A stretch of 64,000 nucleotides of DNA, taken from positions 14,359-78,358 of the forward strand of contig JAGANG010000010.1 in the NCBI GenBank assembly GCA_017624275.1. Direction: 5' to 3'. This DNA comes from Spirochaetales bacterium (GTDB lineage: Bacteria > Spirochaetota > GWE2-31-10). The position numbers were made by a program, and so were the translations under genes. The notes beneath the pieces were generated by a model. That model was not told the origin of the DNA, did no database searches, and was given only the letters and a program-made list of their open reading frames with translations. Shown piece after piece: positions 8,090-17,713 of this stretch. The stretch's first letter is position 1, and the number at the start of each line of letters is the position of its first letter.

Positions 8090-10098
8090 TGAGAAATAAA
8101 AAACAGTTTTCTAACTATATTATAATGTCTTTTATTCCTTTGGTTATGATTCCGGTATTAATAATTGCGATTTTTCCGTATTCCGGAACGACAAAGAAAA
8201 TGATTGAGAAAACAAAGGATTTTTATTCCGATGTTTTGTTACAAATTACGGACAATGTAGATTTATATTACAATAGATATGACTCTATTTTTAAGAATAT
8301 CGGTGAATCTAAGTTATTTCAAGATATTATAAACAGGCCGGCTCAGACAGCGATAGAACAGGTAAGTTATTTACATGACGGGGTAGAAGAAACCGGGATA
8401 AAAGGTTTGACCAATCTTGTTTCATCTAAAACTCGCGGTTCTTTTTGTGTAATAGAACTAAATCGTCCCGATGCCATAAAGAAAACCTCTTTTTCAATTA
8501 TAAGATCTAAAGAAGATAACTCGGCGTTTGAGATTGAAGGGATTCAAAATGAGCCTTTTTTCTTGAAAATGAAAGAAAATTCAGACGACAAACCGATTGT
8601 TGCTTTTTCTTATGCAGTAGATATTCCGGTAAAAGACAGACGTGTAATGTTTTTTTATCCTTACAGAGGTAAAGAAAAAAAAGAAATTGAAACTATAATG
8701 TTGATTCTTGAAATGCAAGATTTCTTACCTCAATTGTACGAAGGACAAACCGGAGTAAAATTGGGTACGTTGTATCTTATGGATCAATTCGGTAATGTTT
8801 TGGACAAAAATCATCCTTCGGTAAACGATTATTACGATTATGATGAAAAAAGCGGTGAGTATGTTTTAAATCCGGGTGATGATCCCGATGATGAATTTGA
8901 AGGGATGAGCTTTGCTAAATATCAAATGCTTAATACGGACGAAAAGATTCTTCTTTCAAAAGATGTAGAAAAATGTATTGAAAAATATGAACAACAATTA
9001 AGTTTTTCTCCGGAATGTAAAGTTATAAATTATGCCGGCGAAAAATATTTATTCATTTATATGAAAGCTAAAGATTCACAAATTCAGGCTTTATATTTTC
9101 ATCCGTTAAAAGAAATTACGGAATCGATTCGCCATCTGACGTTGAAAATATTTTTAATTATTCTTCTAGTTCTTATAGCAACTGTGATTGTAACGATTTT
9201 CTTTTGCACACGCTTTTTTGCAGAAATTCAAAATCTGGCAGATAAGCAGACGCATTTATTAAATGACGATTATACTTTCCAAAAAGATGACAGTTCTTCT
9301 AATTTTAATATCAGAGAATTTACGGAATTGAACGATTCTCTTAATGCAATGGCAAATGCAATTTCCAGAGCGAATATATTATTCAAAGGCAAATCTGAAA
9401 AACAGGCGAAAGATATAGAAGCTCAAAATAACGAGATAGAATTGTTTAATCAGGCAATAAAACGTGAAGAAAAGAAAGCTAATGATGTTTTACTTAATGT
9501 TGTACCGGGAAAAATATTAGAAGATATTTTATCTGATAAAGTCGCTACAGAATGGTTTGATAATGTCGGTATAATGTTTTGCGAAATAACAGAAATCAAT
9601 TCAGAATTCTCAAATGGAAATTCTCAATTAGTAATGAACGAATTGAGCCAAGTATTCGGTAAATTTGATTCTATAATGGAATGTAATAATTGTACCAGAA
9701 TAAAGACTGTCGGAAATGTATATTTTGCTGTAAGCGGTATTTTTGAACAAGATCCTCGTGCTGTATTAGTTTTGGCAAAAGCAGCGGAAGAATGCAGAAA
9801 ATACATAGAACAGCGAAATTTAAATGCAGAGATTAAGTTTCAAATCAAAATAGGTATGAATTTAGGATCTGTTGCCGGAAGTGTAATAGGCAAGAAAAGA
9901 TTCAGTTATGATTTGTTCGGCGAAGACGTAAATATTGCGTGGTATTTGAAATCTAATGCTTCTATCGGACAAATTGCAATTTCTTGGGCGATATACAAGC
10001 TTATTGCCGGTGCATTTAAATGTAGTAAACACGAATCTTTCAATGTGGAAGGGTACGGCGTATTAGAATCCTATTTGCTTGAAGGTGAACTAACTTAG
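8089..10098 (+). CDS. Paralogous membrane sensor with a class III cyclase homology domain (non-canonical catalytic residues)
   Basis: Same architecture as the 6074..8089 product. IMFCEITEIN, RIKTVGNVYFAVSG, KIGMNLGSVAGSVIG, YDLFGEDVNIAWYLKS. ATG 8089 overlaps the upstream TAA (TAATG). Confidence 0.75.
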   Translation: MRNKKQFSNYIIMSFIPLVMIPVLIIAIFPYSGTTKKMIEKTKDFYSDVLLQITDNVDLYYNRYDSIFKNIGESKLFQDIINRPAQTAIEQVSYLHDGVEETGIKGLTNLVSSKTRGSFCVIELNRPDAIKKTSFSIIRSKEDNSAFEIEGIQNEPFFLKMKENSDDKPIVAFSYAVDIPVKDRRVMFFYPYRGKEKKEIETIMLILEMQDFLPQLYEGQTGVKLGTLYLMDQFGNVLDKNHPSVNDYYDYDEKSGEYVLNPGDDPDDEFEGMSFAKYQMLNTDEKILLSKDVEKCIEKYEQQLSFSPECKVINYAGEKYLFIYMKAKDSQIQALYFHPLKEITESIRHLTLKIFLIILLVLIATVIVTIFFCTRFFAEIQNLADKQTHLLNDDYTFQKDDSSSNFNIREFTELNDSLNAMANAISRANILFKGKSEKQAKDIEAQNNEIELFNQAIKREEKKANDVLLNVVPGKILEDILSDKVATEWFDNVGIMFCEITEINSEFSNGNSQLVMNELSQVFGKFDSIMECNNCTRIKTVGNVYFAVSGIFEQDPRAVLVLAKAAEECRKYIEQRNLNAEIKFQIKIGMNLGSVAGSVIGKKRFSYDLFGEDVNIAWYLKSNASIGQIAISWAIYKLIAGAFKCSKHESFNVEGYGVLESYLLEGELT

Positions 10099-10206
10099 TG
10101 GTATAGAAAAAAGCATAGTGTTGAAAATAAAGAAAATGATGTCAGATTTCGATAATAATTTTTGAGTATTTTTTTCTTCAAACAGAGATTAAACTCAAAA
10201 AAATAA

Positions 10207-11601
10207 ATGGAAACGCTTATGCTGAAAAAAAATCTTTGTATTATATTATTGCTTTTAACTTGTAGTTCTATATTCGCTCGATTTAGAGTTCAGGTGATTT
10301 ATAAAGATGTTTATTATTTTATGGAGCCGTATGAAACGACTTCATATCCGACAAGCAAGTCAAAAAATCTTTATGTAAGCCGTATTATTGATAAAACGCA
10401 ACTTCACAGAATTCGTTTGAATAGTACGCAAAAATCGAAATTGGAATCACTGCTTTTTATCGGGGATAGTTATACATTTAACAAAGTGCGTCTGACATTG
10501 GTTCATCCGGCAAGTTATCCGGGCGGATTGGGAAGTTTTAAAATTGAAAATTTAGAAGATGAATCTTTTGCTATTTATTTTACCGTAGCTGATTATGATT
10601 CCGTAGTTTTGCAATCGTATATAAATTTTTATAATCCGAGATGGAAAACATTTACCGAGCCGGGAACCGAGTTGGATTACATTACTTCAGCAATAGCGGT
10701 ACGAATGTTACTTGACAGACTTTCCGGTAAAATAGAATGGAAAAGTGATTTGCCTCAAGTTCTTACAGTAGATAAGATGAATGAGATTTATACTCAAGAT
10801 CCGGATCTGGAAAGAACAATAAAAGAATATTATTGGGAACGTAAAAATAACGGCGGTTATGTTTTACGAACAAATCTTACTTCGGCAGATGAAGTTGCGT
10901 TGCGTAAACTTTTAGATCGTGCCGATTTCAGTTTTTCAAAAACAATGGCAAATAAAGAACGAATAGAAGCGTATGAAGATTTTATTAAGCAATTGGCATC
11001 TTACGGAAATGCGGAAGAAATATTTGAAAAACTGGTACAATTTGTAAGTGTAAATATCAGCACAATAGAAGACTATGATATTGAAAATGATTGGATTAAA
11101 CCTTACAATTTGCTTTATACACGCAAAGGTGATTATAAATCTATTGCATTTTTCTATTATCATACTTTTAAACGACTGGGATTGGACAGCGAAGCATTTT
11201 TTGTAGTGCCGTTGGAGAAAAAAGAAAAACAAGATTTTACAAAAGATATTTCATGGGAAGAAGTTGAAAACGAATTGATAAAACATAATATCGCAGTGTC
11301 AACTAATTTAAATATAAGAAAATATGAGTATCCTAATTTTACTGATTCTCGATTGCTGGTAGCATTTAAATATAAAAACAGTTGGCGATATACAAGCGGA
11401 ACACAATGGATTGAAACCGGGTTGAAAAATAAGACCGGAGAACGAACGACAGCTCATTATTCAAAAAACGGCTGTTATTATATGAAGTTAAATGAAGAAT
11501 TAGCCGGAAGAATAGAAAATGATTTGCCGCTTATCGGCGGAACCGAAATGAGAACGTTGCAATGGAATGTTTTTTTGGATGTTTCTAAAGATCCGCAATA
11601 A
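10207..11601 (+). CDS. Putative lipoprotein of unknown function (possible inactivated transglutaminase-like fold)
   Basis: Signal peptide with lipobox LLLTC. Segment WIKPYNLLYTRKGDYKSIAFFYYHTFKRLGLDSEAFFV resembles the transglutaminase-core GxCxxFA...R.G motif, with Tyr in the Cys position. Confidence 0.55.
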   Translation: METLMLKKNLCIILLLLTCSSIFARFRVQVIYKDVYYFMEPYETTSYPTSKSKNLYVSRIIDKTQLHRIRLNSTQKSKLESLLFIGDSYTFNKVRLTLVHPASYPGGLGSFKIENLEDESFAIYFTVADYDSVVLQSYINFYNPRWKTFTEPGTELDYITSAIAVRMLLDRLSGKIEWKSDLPQVLTVDKMNEIYTQDPDLERTIKEYYWERKNNGGYVLRTNLTSADEVALRKLLDRADFSFSKTMANKERIEAYEDFIKQLASYGNAEEIFEKLVQFVSVNISTIEDYDIENDWIKPYNLLYTRKGDYKSIAFFYYHTFKRLGLDSEAFFVVPLEKKEKQDFTKDISWEEVENELIKHNIAVSTNLNIRKYEYPNFTDSRLLVAFKYKNSWRYTSGTQWIETGLKNKTGERTTAHYSKNGCYYMKLNEELAGRIENDLPLIGGTEMRTLQWNVFLDVSKDPQ

Positions 11602-11613
11602 CGGGAGATAAAA

Positions 11614-14070
11614 TTGTTTCAAAAATATTTACGTAATTCTACTGAAAAAGTAATTCAAGCGATAAATATAGGTACTATGGAATTGGCTAATTTTCAACAG
11701 CCGATATTTACTCCGGAATTTATCCTTTTAGGATTGTTAGAACAGGAAGATTCCGGAATCATGCGGATACTGGAAGAAATTGAGATGGAACCTCAAACCG
11801 TAGCGGATACCGTAATAGAAAAAATTTATACGCTGTTTCCGGCAGCCGAAGAGCAACCTTCATTGCCGACGGAAATTACATTGAGCCCCGATGTGGAGCG
11901 ACTTTTGGAAATTGCATCTCAGGAATCAAAAGAGCTTCACGATAAGTTTATCACTACGGAATCATTGTTTCTTGCTTTTCTTCACAAAGAAATTGTTCCA
12001 TCGTGCGAAATATTGTCAGCTGTGGGATTATCTTATGAAAAATGTAAAGCCGCAGTTTTCAGTATTCGTAACGGAATGACGATTACGGCAAGAGACGGAG
12101 AAAGTCAGGAAAATGTTCTTGATGTCTTTGGTACGGATTTGACGGAGCTGGCACAACAAGGAAAGTTGGATCCGATTGTGGGGCGAGAAGAAGATATTGA
12201 ACGAATAGTGGAAATTTTAGCTCGTCGTGTAAAAAATAACCCGGTAATTATCGGGGAACCGGGCGTAGGTAAAACTGTTCTGGTAGAAGGTTTGGCACAA
12301 TTGATAGCTGCTCATCGAGTACCGCAGACTTTACAGTCAAAGAAAATAATTCAGCTTGACATTGTACAACTGACAGCCGGTACAAAATTTAAAGGCGAAT
12401 TTGAAGAGCGAATGAAGGCGATTGTTGATGCATTGGAAAATGCCGGCGGTCGTGTAATTGCATTTATAGATGAAATACAAACACTTATGGATTCCAGTGC
12501 AGGTTCTATAAAAATGTCGGATATTTTAAAACCGGCATTGGCACGAGGACAAATCCAATTAATAGGTACGGCAACTTGTGAAAATTATAAGCGAACGATA
12601 GAAAAAGACCGGACATTTTCACGATGTTTTCAGGTAGTACGATTAAAAGAGCCTTCAATAGAAGAATCAGTGAAAATCCTTAAAGGAATAAGCGAAAAAT
12701 ATAGTGCTCATCACGAAGTTATTTATGAAGACCGAGCTTTGGAAGCAGCCGTAAAGTTATCATCACGCTATATAAGTGAGCGATTTTTACCGGACAAAGC
12801 AATCGATTTACTTGATGAAGCCGGAGCATGTAAAAAAATATTTTTGGTTTCTACTCATCCGGAGGTTTATCATCTGGAAACTCAACTTGCGGAATTACGC
12901 AGAGAAAGGACTATGGCTTTTAGTGAAAGTGCAGGTTCCGGAGGCGTAACGGCTGTAGTAGAACTTCAAATGAAAGTAAATGAAATTGAAGCAAAACTGA
13001 AAAAAATACGAGCAAAGTGGAAAGAGGAACAAGAAAAAAGTTCTAATATTGTAACAGCCGAAGATGTCGCTGTGGTGGTAAGTAAAATTACAGGAGTTCC
13101 TGTCAATAAAGTTGTAGAGACGGAAGCTAAAAAGTTAGTGGCAATGGAAGATGTTCTTCATAAGAGAATTATAGGACAAGACTCAGCCGTTACGGCAGTA
13201 TCCAATGCAATTCGAAGAAACCGAGCCGGTATAAAAGATGCAGGTCGTCCGATTGGGATTTTCTTGTTTTTCGGGCCTACAGGTGTAGGGAAAACTGAAT
13301 TTGCTAAAGTTTTGGCGGATTTTCTTTTTGACGATGAAACAAAAATTGTTCGCCTTGATATGTCAGAATACATGGAACGCCATTCGGTTTCTAAAATGAT
13401 TGGTTCACCTCCCGGATATGTAGGATATGACGACGGAGGTCAATTGACCGAGCAAATCAGACGTAATCCGTATTCTGTAGTATTGCTTGACGAAATGGAA
13501 AAGGCAAATGAAGAAGTTTTCAACTTAATGCTGCAAATCTTTGATGAAGGAAAATTGACGGACAGCCAAGGTGTGGAAGTAAGTTTCCGTAATACCATAA
13601 TTATCGGGACGTCAAATTTAGGTTCGTCAAAAATGTTTGATTTGGGGAAACGTATAGGTTTTGCCGGAACTCCGTCGAAGTCGGAAGATTACGGCGTGAT
13701 GAAAGAGAAAATTTTGGAGGAAACAAAGAAATTTTTTAAACCGGAATTTTTAAATCGTGTGGATGAGATTATAGTTTTTCATTCATTGGAAAAAGAACAT
13801 ATTTTATCGATAACAAAATTGTTGTTGGAAAAATTACGCAGGAAAATCGAAGATGTCGGTTATAAAATAAATTTTGACGACAATGTTTGCGAAAGAATAG
13901 CACAATTGGGATATTCTCCGGAATTCGGAGCAAGACCGTTGAGACGTGTAATAGAAAATCATATAGAAAATGCGATTAGTTTTGAAATTATTCGCGGTAA
14001 TATAAAACCCGGAAAAACAATCAATGTTTCGGTGAAAAATGATGATTTTTGTATTACCAGCATAGATTGA
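11614..14070 (+). CDS. clpC: ClpC/ClpA-type double-AAA+ unfoldase (TTG start)
   Basis: Clp_N repeats (FTPEFILLGLLEQ). Walker A GEPGVGKT and GPTGVGKT. Walker B FIDEIQTL and VLLDEMEKA. Candidate ClpP-docking loop GKRIGFAG. Confidence 0.85.
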   Translation: MFQKYLRNSTEKVIQAINIGTMELANFQQPIFTPEFILLGLLEQEDSGIMRILEEIEMEPQTVADTVIEKIYTLFPAAEEQPSLPTEITLSPDVERLLEIASQESKELHDKFITTESLFLAFLHKEIVPSCEILSAVGLSYEKCKAAVFSIRNGMTITARDGESQENVLDVFGTDLTELAQQGKLDPIVGREEDIERIVEILARRVKNNPVIIGEPGVGKTVLVEGLAQLIAAHRVPQTLQSKKIIQLDIVQLTAGTKFKGEFEERMKAIVDALENAGGRVIAFIDEIQTLMDSSAGSIKMSDILKPALARGQIQLIGTATCENYKRTIEKDRTFSRCFQVVRLKEPSIEESVKILKGISEKYSAHHEVIYEDRALEAAVKLSSRYISERFLPDKAIDLLDEAGACKKIFLVSTHPEVYHLETQLAELRRERTMAFSESAGSGGVTAVVELQMKVNEIEAKLKKIRAKWKEEQEKSSNIVTAEDVAVVVSKITGVPVNKVVETEAKKLVAMEDVLHKRIIGQDSAVTAVSNAIRRNRAGIKDAGRPIGIFLFFGPTGVGKTEFAKVLADFLFDDETKIVRLDMSEYMERHSVSKMIGSPPGYVGYDDGGQLTEQIRRNPYSVVLLDEMEKANEEVFNLMLQIFDEGKLTDSQGVEVSFRNTIIIGTSNLGSSKMFDLGKRIGFAGTPSKSEDYGVMKEKILEETKKFFKPEFLNRVDEIIVFHSLEKEHILSITKLLLEKLRRKIEDVGYKINFDDNVCERIAQLGYSPEFGARPLRRVIENHIENAISFEIIRGNIKPGKTINVSVKNDDFCITSID

Positions 14071-14117
14071 TTATTTGCAAAATAAAATCGTAGTTCAATA
14101 GAAAGGGAAGGGAAATC

Positions 14118-15749
14118 ATGAATCGTATAAAAATTATCAGAAATTGTTTTGCAGCCTTGGTAGTTGCGTTTACGCTTGTTTATATCACGGTGCAAAGTTT
14201 TAATATTCCGGGATATCAAGAAAAAGAAGCAAATCGAATTCTTGATGAATTGACACCAATTCTTGTAATGGACAAATTAAAAGATTATCAAATTGAAGAT
14301 ATAAGCGATGAAAGCGTTGTTTTGATTTTGGTAAAACGTCCGGATTTTCCGCAGATTCCCGTAATTTACGATTGCTCATTTTTCCCGGAAGGAGCTGATT
14401 CTATTAAGAATAAGCTGAATGAAAGTAAATCAAAACTTCGTTCTTATCACAGAACAGCCGGAAATCTTCGTTATACAGTGTGGATGCGTAAATTCCCTAT
14501 TTATTATCAGGTAAAATATTTACTTATACCGGTTTTGGTAAGTGCTTTAATTTTTATTATCGGATTGATTTTTATTATTATCTTTTTTAATCCGGCAAAT
14601 ATTCCGGCTATTCCTAAAAAGAATAAAGAAGAAATTATTTTGAAAAAGAAAGAAAATAATGATGATGACAATGATGAAGATTTGAATATCGAAGAAGATG
14701 ATCGCTATTTAATGGAAGAACTTCGCAATGTATCGGAAAAAAGCCAAGACATTCAGAACTTGGAAGCTCCGTTGGAAGATTATTCAGACTCGGAAGAAGA
14801 ATCTGAAGATGTCGCAGAAGAGGAACAAACAGAAAGTGATGATGACGATAAAACCGATGAACTAGAAGCATATCGTGAAATTTGGGGACGAGATTTTAAA
14901 GTTTCCGATGATTTTATAGAAAATTTTTCATTGCTTTCCATGTATAGACTTTTCAGATTCAGTCTTACGCCGGAGCGATATATTTTACAGGGTTTGCAAG
15001 TCGGAACGTCATATTTCGGTTGGAAAAATGCGGCAATTTATATTTCTCAACAAGATGACTTTATTAATATTGAAAACGGCGAAAAAATAGATATTTCATC
15101 ATTGAATATTATCAGTAATCCGCAAATGCGAGGAACTGTACATGTTCCTTTGTATCCGTACAGTAAAACAAATTTATTCGGATTCTTAGAGTTTACTTGG
15201 GATAAAGATGAAGATTTTGTAATGTCTGATATTTTGTATTTTCTGAAATTGTTATTCTCAAATGAAATAAAGACGATTTTTACCAATCAAAAAAATAACC
15301 AGAATTTAAAAGAACGCTTGAATGATATTTTGAAAGCTAACAGTGACGTAACTATTGCATTTCTTGAAGTTGACAACAGATATAAGTTGTTGAATGAACT
15401 TTCGGAAGATGAAGCAAATATTTTGAATATGAAAATATCCGATGACATAATGCAAGAATTTGTTGGATATGTAGTGTTTGAAGTATTTCCGTTTATTTAC
15501 GGATTGTGTGAAAATTCTGAAGAAGAAGAAACAAAAGATCGGTTGAAAAACTTTTTGGCAGATCGAGATAAACATAATTATTTTATTTCACCGTCTCGCG
15601 GAAATATTGCGGTAACTTTTTCTGCCGGACTTTCTTCTAAAAAAGAGCGTGATATTGATGTTTATGAATTGATAGAAGAAGCAGAAAGCGGTTTGGATGT
15701 GGCTTTGGATCACGGAGGTAATTGGGTCAACAGTTTTGGTGAAATCTAA
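14118..15749 (+). CDS. Membrane protein: two TM helices, highly acidic linker, GAF-like region, degenerate GGDEF-like C-terminal domain
   Basis: TM helices near the N-terminus and at YLLIPVLVSALIFIIGLIFIIIFF. D/E-rich stretch (NNDDDNDEDLNIEEDD...SDSEEESEDVAEEEQTESDDDDK). C-terminus VTIAFLEVDNRYK...IAVTFSAGLSS...EAESGLDVALDHGGNWV follows GGDEF-domain topology but has no GGDEF/GGEEF motif. Confidence 0.6.
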   Translation: MNRIKIIRNCFAALVVAFTLVYITVQSFNIPGYQEKEANRILDELTPILVMDKLKDYQIEDISDESVVLILVKRPDFPQIPVIYDCSFFPEGADSIKNKLNESKSKLRSYHRTAGNLRYTVWMRKFPIYYQVKYLLIPVLVSALIFIIGLIFIIIFFNPANIPAIPKKNKEEIILKKKENNDDDNDEDLNIEEDDRYLMEELRNVSEKSQDIQNLEAPLEDYSDSEEESEDVAEEEQTESDDDDKTDELEAYREIWGRDFKVSDDFIENFSLLSMYRLFRFSLTPERYILQGLQVGTSYFGWKNAAIYISQQDDFINIENGEKIDISSLNIISNPQMRGTVHVPLYPYSKTNLFGFLEFTWDKDEDFVMSDILYFLKLLFSNEIKTIFTNQKNNQNLKERLNDILKANSDVTIAFLEVDNRYKLLNELSEDEANILNMKISDDIMQEFVGYVVFEVFPFIYGLCENSEEEETKDRLKNFLADRDKHNYFISPSRGNIAVTFSAGLSSKKERDIDVYELIEEAESGLDVALDHGGNWVNSFGEI

Positions 15750-17713
15750 TGAAGCAAGCTGCTTTAAAAGTTTTAAATGAATATTTTGGATACAATAGTT
15801 TTCGTAAAGGTCAAGATAAGATTGTAGAATCTGTACTTGCCGGACGTGATACTTTGGGGGTAATGCCTACCGGAGGCGGAAAAAGTTTGTGTTATCAGAT
15901 TCCGGCTCTTTGTTTACCGGGAATTACGATTGTAATTTCTCCGTTGATTTCTCTTATGAAAGATCAGCTTGACAGTTTGACTTCTCGTGGATATCCGGCT
16001 GCGATGTTGAATTCTACGGTCATGCCGGAAACGGCCCGTGAAGTAATGGAAAATGTTTTGTCCGGTAAAGTGAAACTTTTGTACCTCACTCCGGAGCGTT
16101 TTCGAAATCAACGTTTTTTGGAATGGTTAAAAGATGTAGAACTGTCGCTTTTTGCTGTGGATGAAGCCCATTGTATTTCAGAATGGGGACATGATTTTCG
16201 TCCGGATTATCGACGACTTTCCGGAGTGTTAAAATATCTTAATTCTCCGCCGGTATTAGCTTTGACTGCTACGGCAACATCGGATGTTCGCAATGACATT
16301 GTAAAAGCTTTGGAAATGCGAAATCCCGAAGTAATAATTAACGGTTTTAATCGAGAGAATTTGATTTACGGTGTCAAAAAATTTTATCGAAATGAAGATA
16401 AAAAGCGTGGGCTTCTTGAGTTTTTACAAAAAGTGAAAACTCCCGGAATTATTTATACGTCAAGTGTCAAAGACGCAGATGAAATTTTTAATTATTTACG
16501 GACTAACAGTAAATTACGTTTTGCGTGTTACCATGCACGTCTTGATAAACAAGTTCGCAATAAGGCTCAGGACGATTTTTTGCAGAATAATATAGATGTT
16601 TTGATCGCAACGAATGCATTCGGAATGGGAGTGAACAAACCGGATATTCGATTTGTAGCACATTATTCTATTCCCGGAACGATTGAGGCTTATTATCAGG
16701 AAACCGGGCGTGCCGGGCGAGACGGTAAAACTTCATTTTGTTTGCTTCAATATATGGAGCAAGATGTAAAAATACAGCAGTTTTTTATAGATTCAAAAAA
16801 TCCTCCGTTGGAATTATTACGTAATGTGTTGGCGAAGTTGGTTAAAATTTCGAAAAAACGATTTATTTACGAAGATGAAGAACTTGAAGGAGAAAGAATT
16901 TCTCTTCATGCTCAAGCGGCAGTTTATAAAATTTTGCAATACATGGGCTGTATCGAACTTGAATATATCCGTGAAGATGTTTTAGAAATAGAATTAAAAC
17001 AGCCGCCTAAAGGTTGGCAACTTGATTATGAAGGGCTTTGCAGGTTTGCCGGCGGCAAGAAAACACTTACGATAACAAAATCAACGCTTGCCCGGCGGCT
17101 TGATATGAATATCGGGCAGTTAAACGAAACTTTGATGCAGTTGGAAAAAGAGAAATGTATCCTTGTGTCAAAAATAAGAGCCGGGCGACGGATAAAAGTC
17201 TTGGAAACCAAGCTTAATCCGCAACAGGAAAAAGAATATTGCAATATGGTTAATAAAAAAATCAGAGTCGATTACGCAAAACTTGACGCTTTGATTAAGT
17301 ACGCACAGTTGGAAAGTAATGATTGTCGTCGCAGAGATTTACTTGCTTATTTCGGGGAAAAATACGAATCGGAAAATTGTGCTACATGTGATTTGTGTCG
17401 TAAGACTTTTAAAGTTTCGAAACCAAAACTTTCCGGTGTTGAGAAAAAAATATTGATGTCGGTATATTTAAGCGATGTTAATTTTGGGAAGAAAAAATTA
17501 GCTTTATTGTTTAAAGGTTCGTTTGAACTTGATGAACGCTTTCATGAATTGGAAGATTTCGGTGCGTTGTCAAAATTGGATGTAGATGAGATTGCAGCTC
17601 GGATAGATGAACTTTTGGATATGGGATTTTTATATATCGATACAAAAAGATATCCTGTGGTAAAAATTTCGGCAGACGGAAAAAAGGTTTTGCAGGAGGC
17701 TATTAATAAATGA
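15749..17713 (+). CDS. recQ: ATP-dependent DNA helicase RecQ
   Basis: MPTGGGKS, VDEAHCISEWGHDFRPDY, a Zn-binding Cys cluster (CRRRDLL...CATCDLC) and an HRDC-like C-terminus. The ATG overlaps the upstream TAA (TAATG). Confidence 0.9.
   Translation: MKQAALKVLNEYFGYNSFRKGQDKIVESVLAGRDTLGVMPTGGGKSLCYQIPALCLPGITIVISPLISLMKDQLDSLTSRGYPAAMLNSTVMPETAREVMENVLSGKVKLLYLTPERFRNQRFLEWLKDVELSLFAVDEAHCISEWGHDFRPDYRRLSGVLKYLNSPPVLALTATATSDVRNDIVKALEMRNPEVIINGFNRENLIYGVKKFYRNEDKKRGLLEFLQKVKTPGIIYTSSVKDADEIFNYLRTNSKLRFACYHARLDKQVRNKAQDDFLQNNIDVLIATNAFGMGVNKPDIRFVAHYSIPGTIEAYYQETGRAGRDGKTSFCLLQYMEQDVKIQQFFIDSKNPPLELLRNVLAKLVKISKKRFIYEDEELEGERISLHAQAAVYKILQYMGCIELEYIREDVLEIELKQPPKGWQLDYEGLCRFAGGKKTLTITKSTLARRLDMNIGQLNETLMQLEKEKCILVSKIRAGRRIKVLETKLNPQQEKEYCNMVNKKIRVDYAKLDALIKYAQLESNDCRRRDLLAYFGEKYESENCATCDLCRKTFKVSKPKLSGVEKKILMSVYLSDVNFGKKKLALLFKGSFELDERFHELEDFGALSKLDVDEIAARIDELLDMGFLYIDTKRYPVVKISADGKKVLQEAINK

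Noticed and set aside
6074-10098. Idea that the two cyclase-domain genes form a Pycsar-type (pyrimidine cyclase) anti-phage system.
   Set aside because: Pycsar cyclases are small soluble proteins paired with a cNMP-binding effector. These are ~670-aa membrane sensors with HAMP linkers and degenerate catalytic residues, and no effector gene with a cNMP-binding, TIR or pore domain is adjacent.
14640-14870. Possible tandem DNA repeat or CRISPR-like periodicity in the GAT/GAA-rich stretch.
   Set aside because: It is codon-level low complexity encoding an acidic D/E linker within an intact ORF, not a spaced repeat array. No CRISPR-like repeat-spacer structure was seen anywhere in the window.
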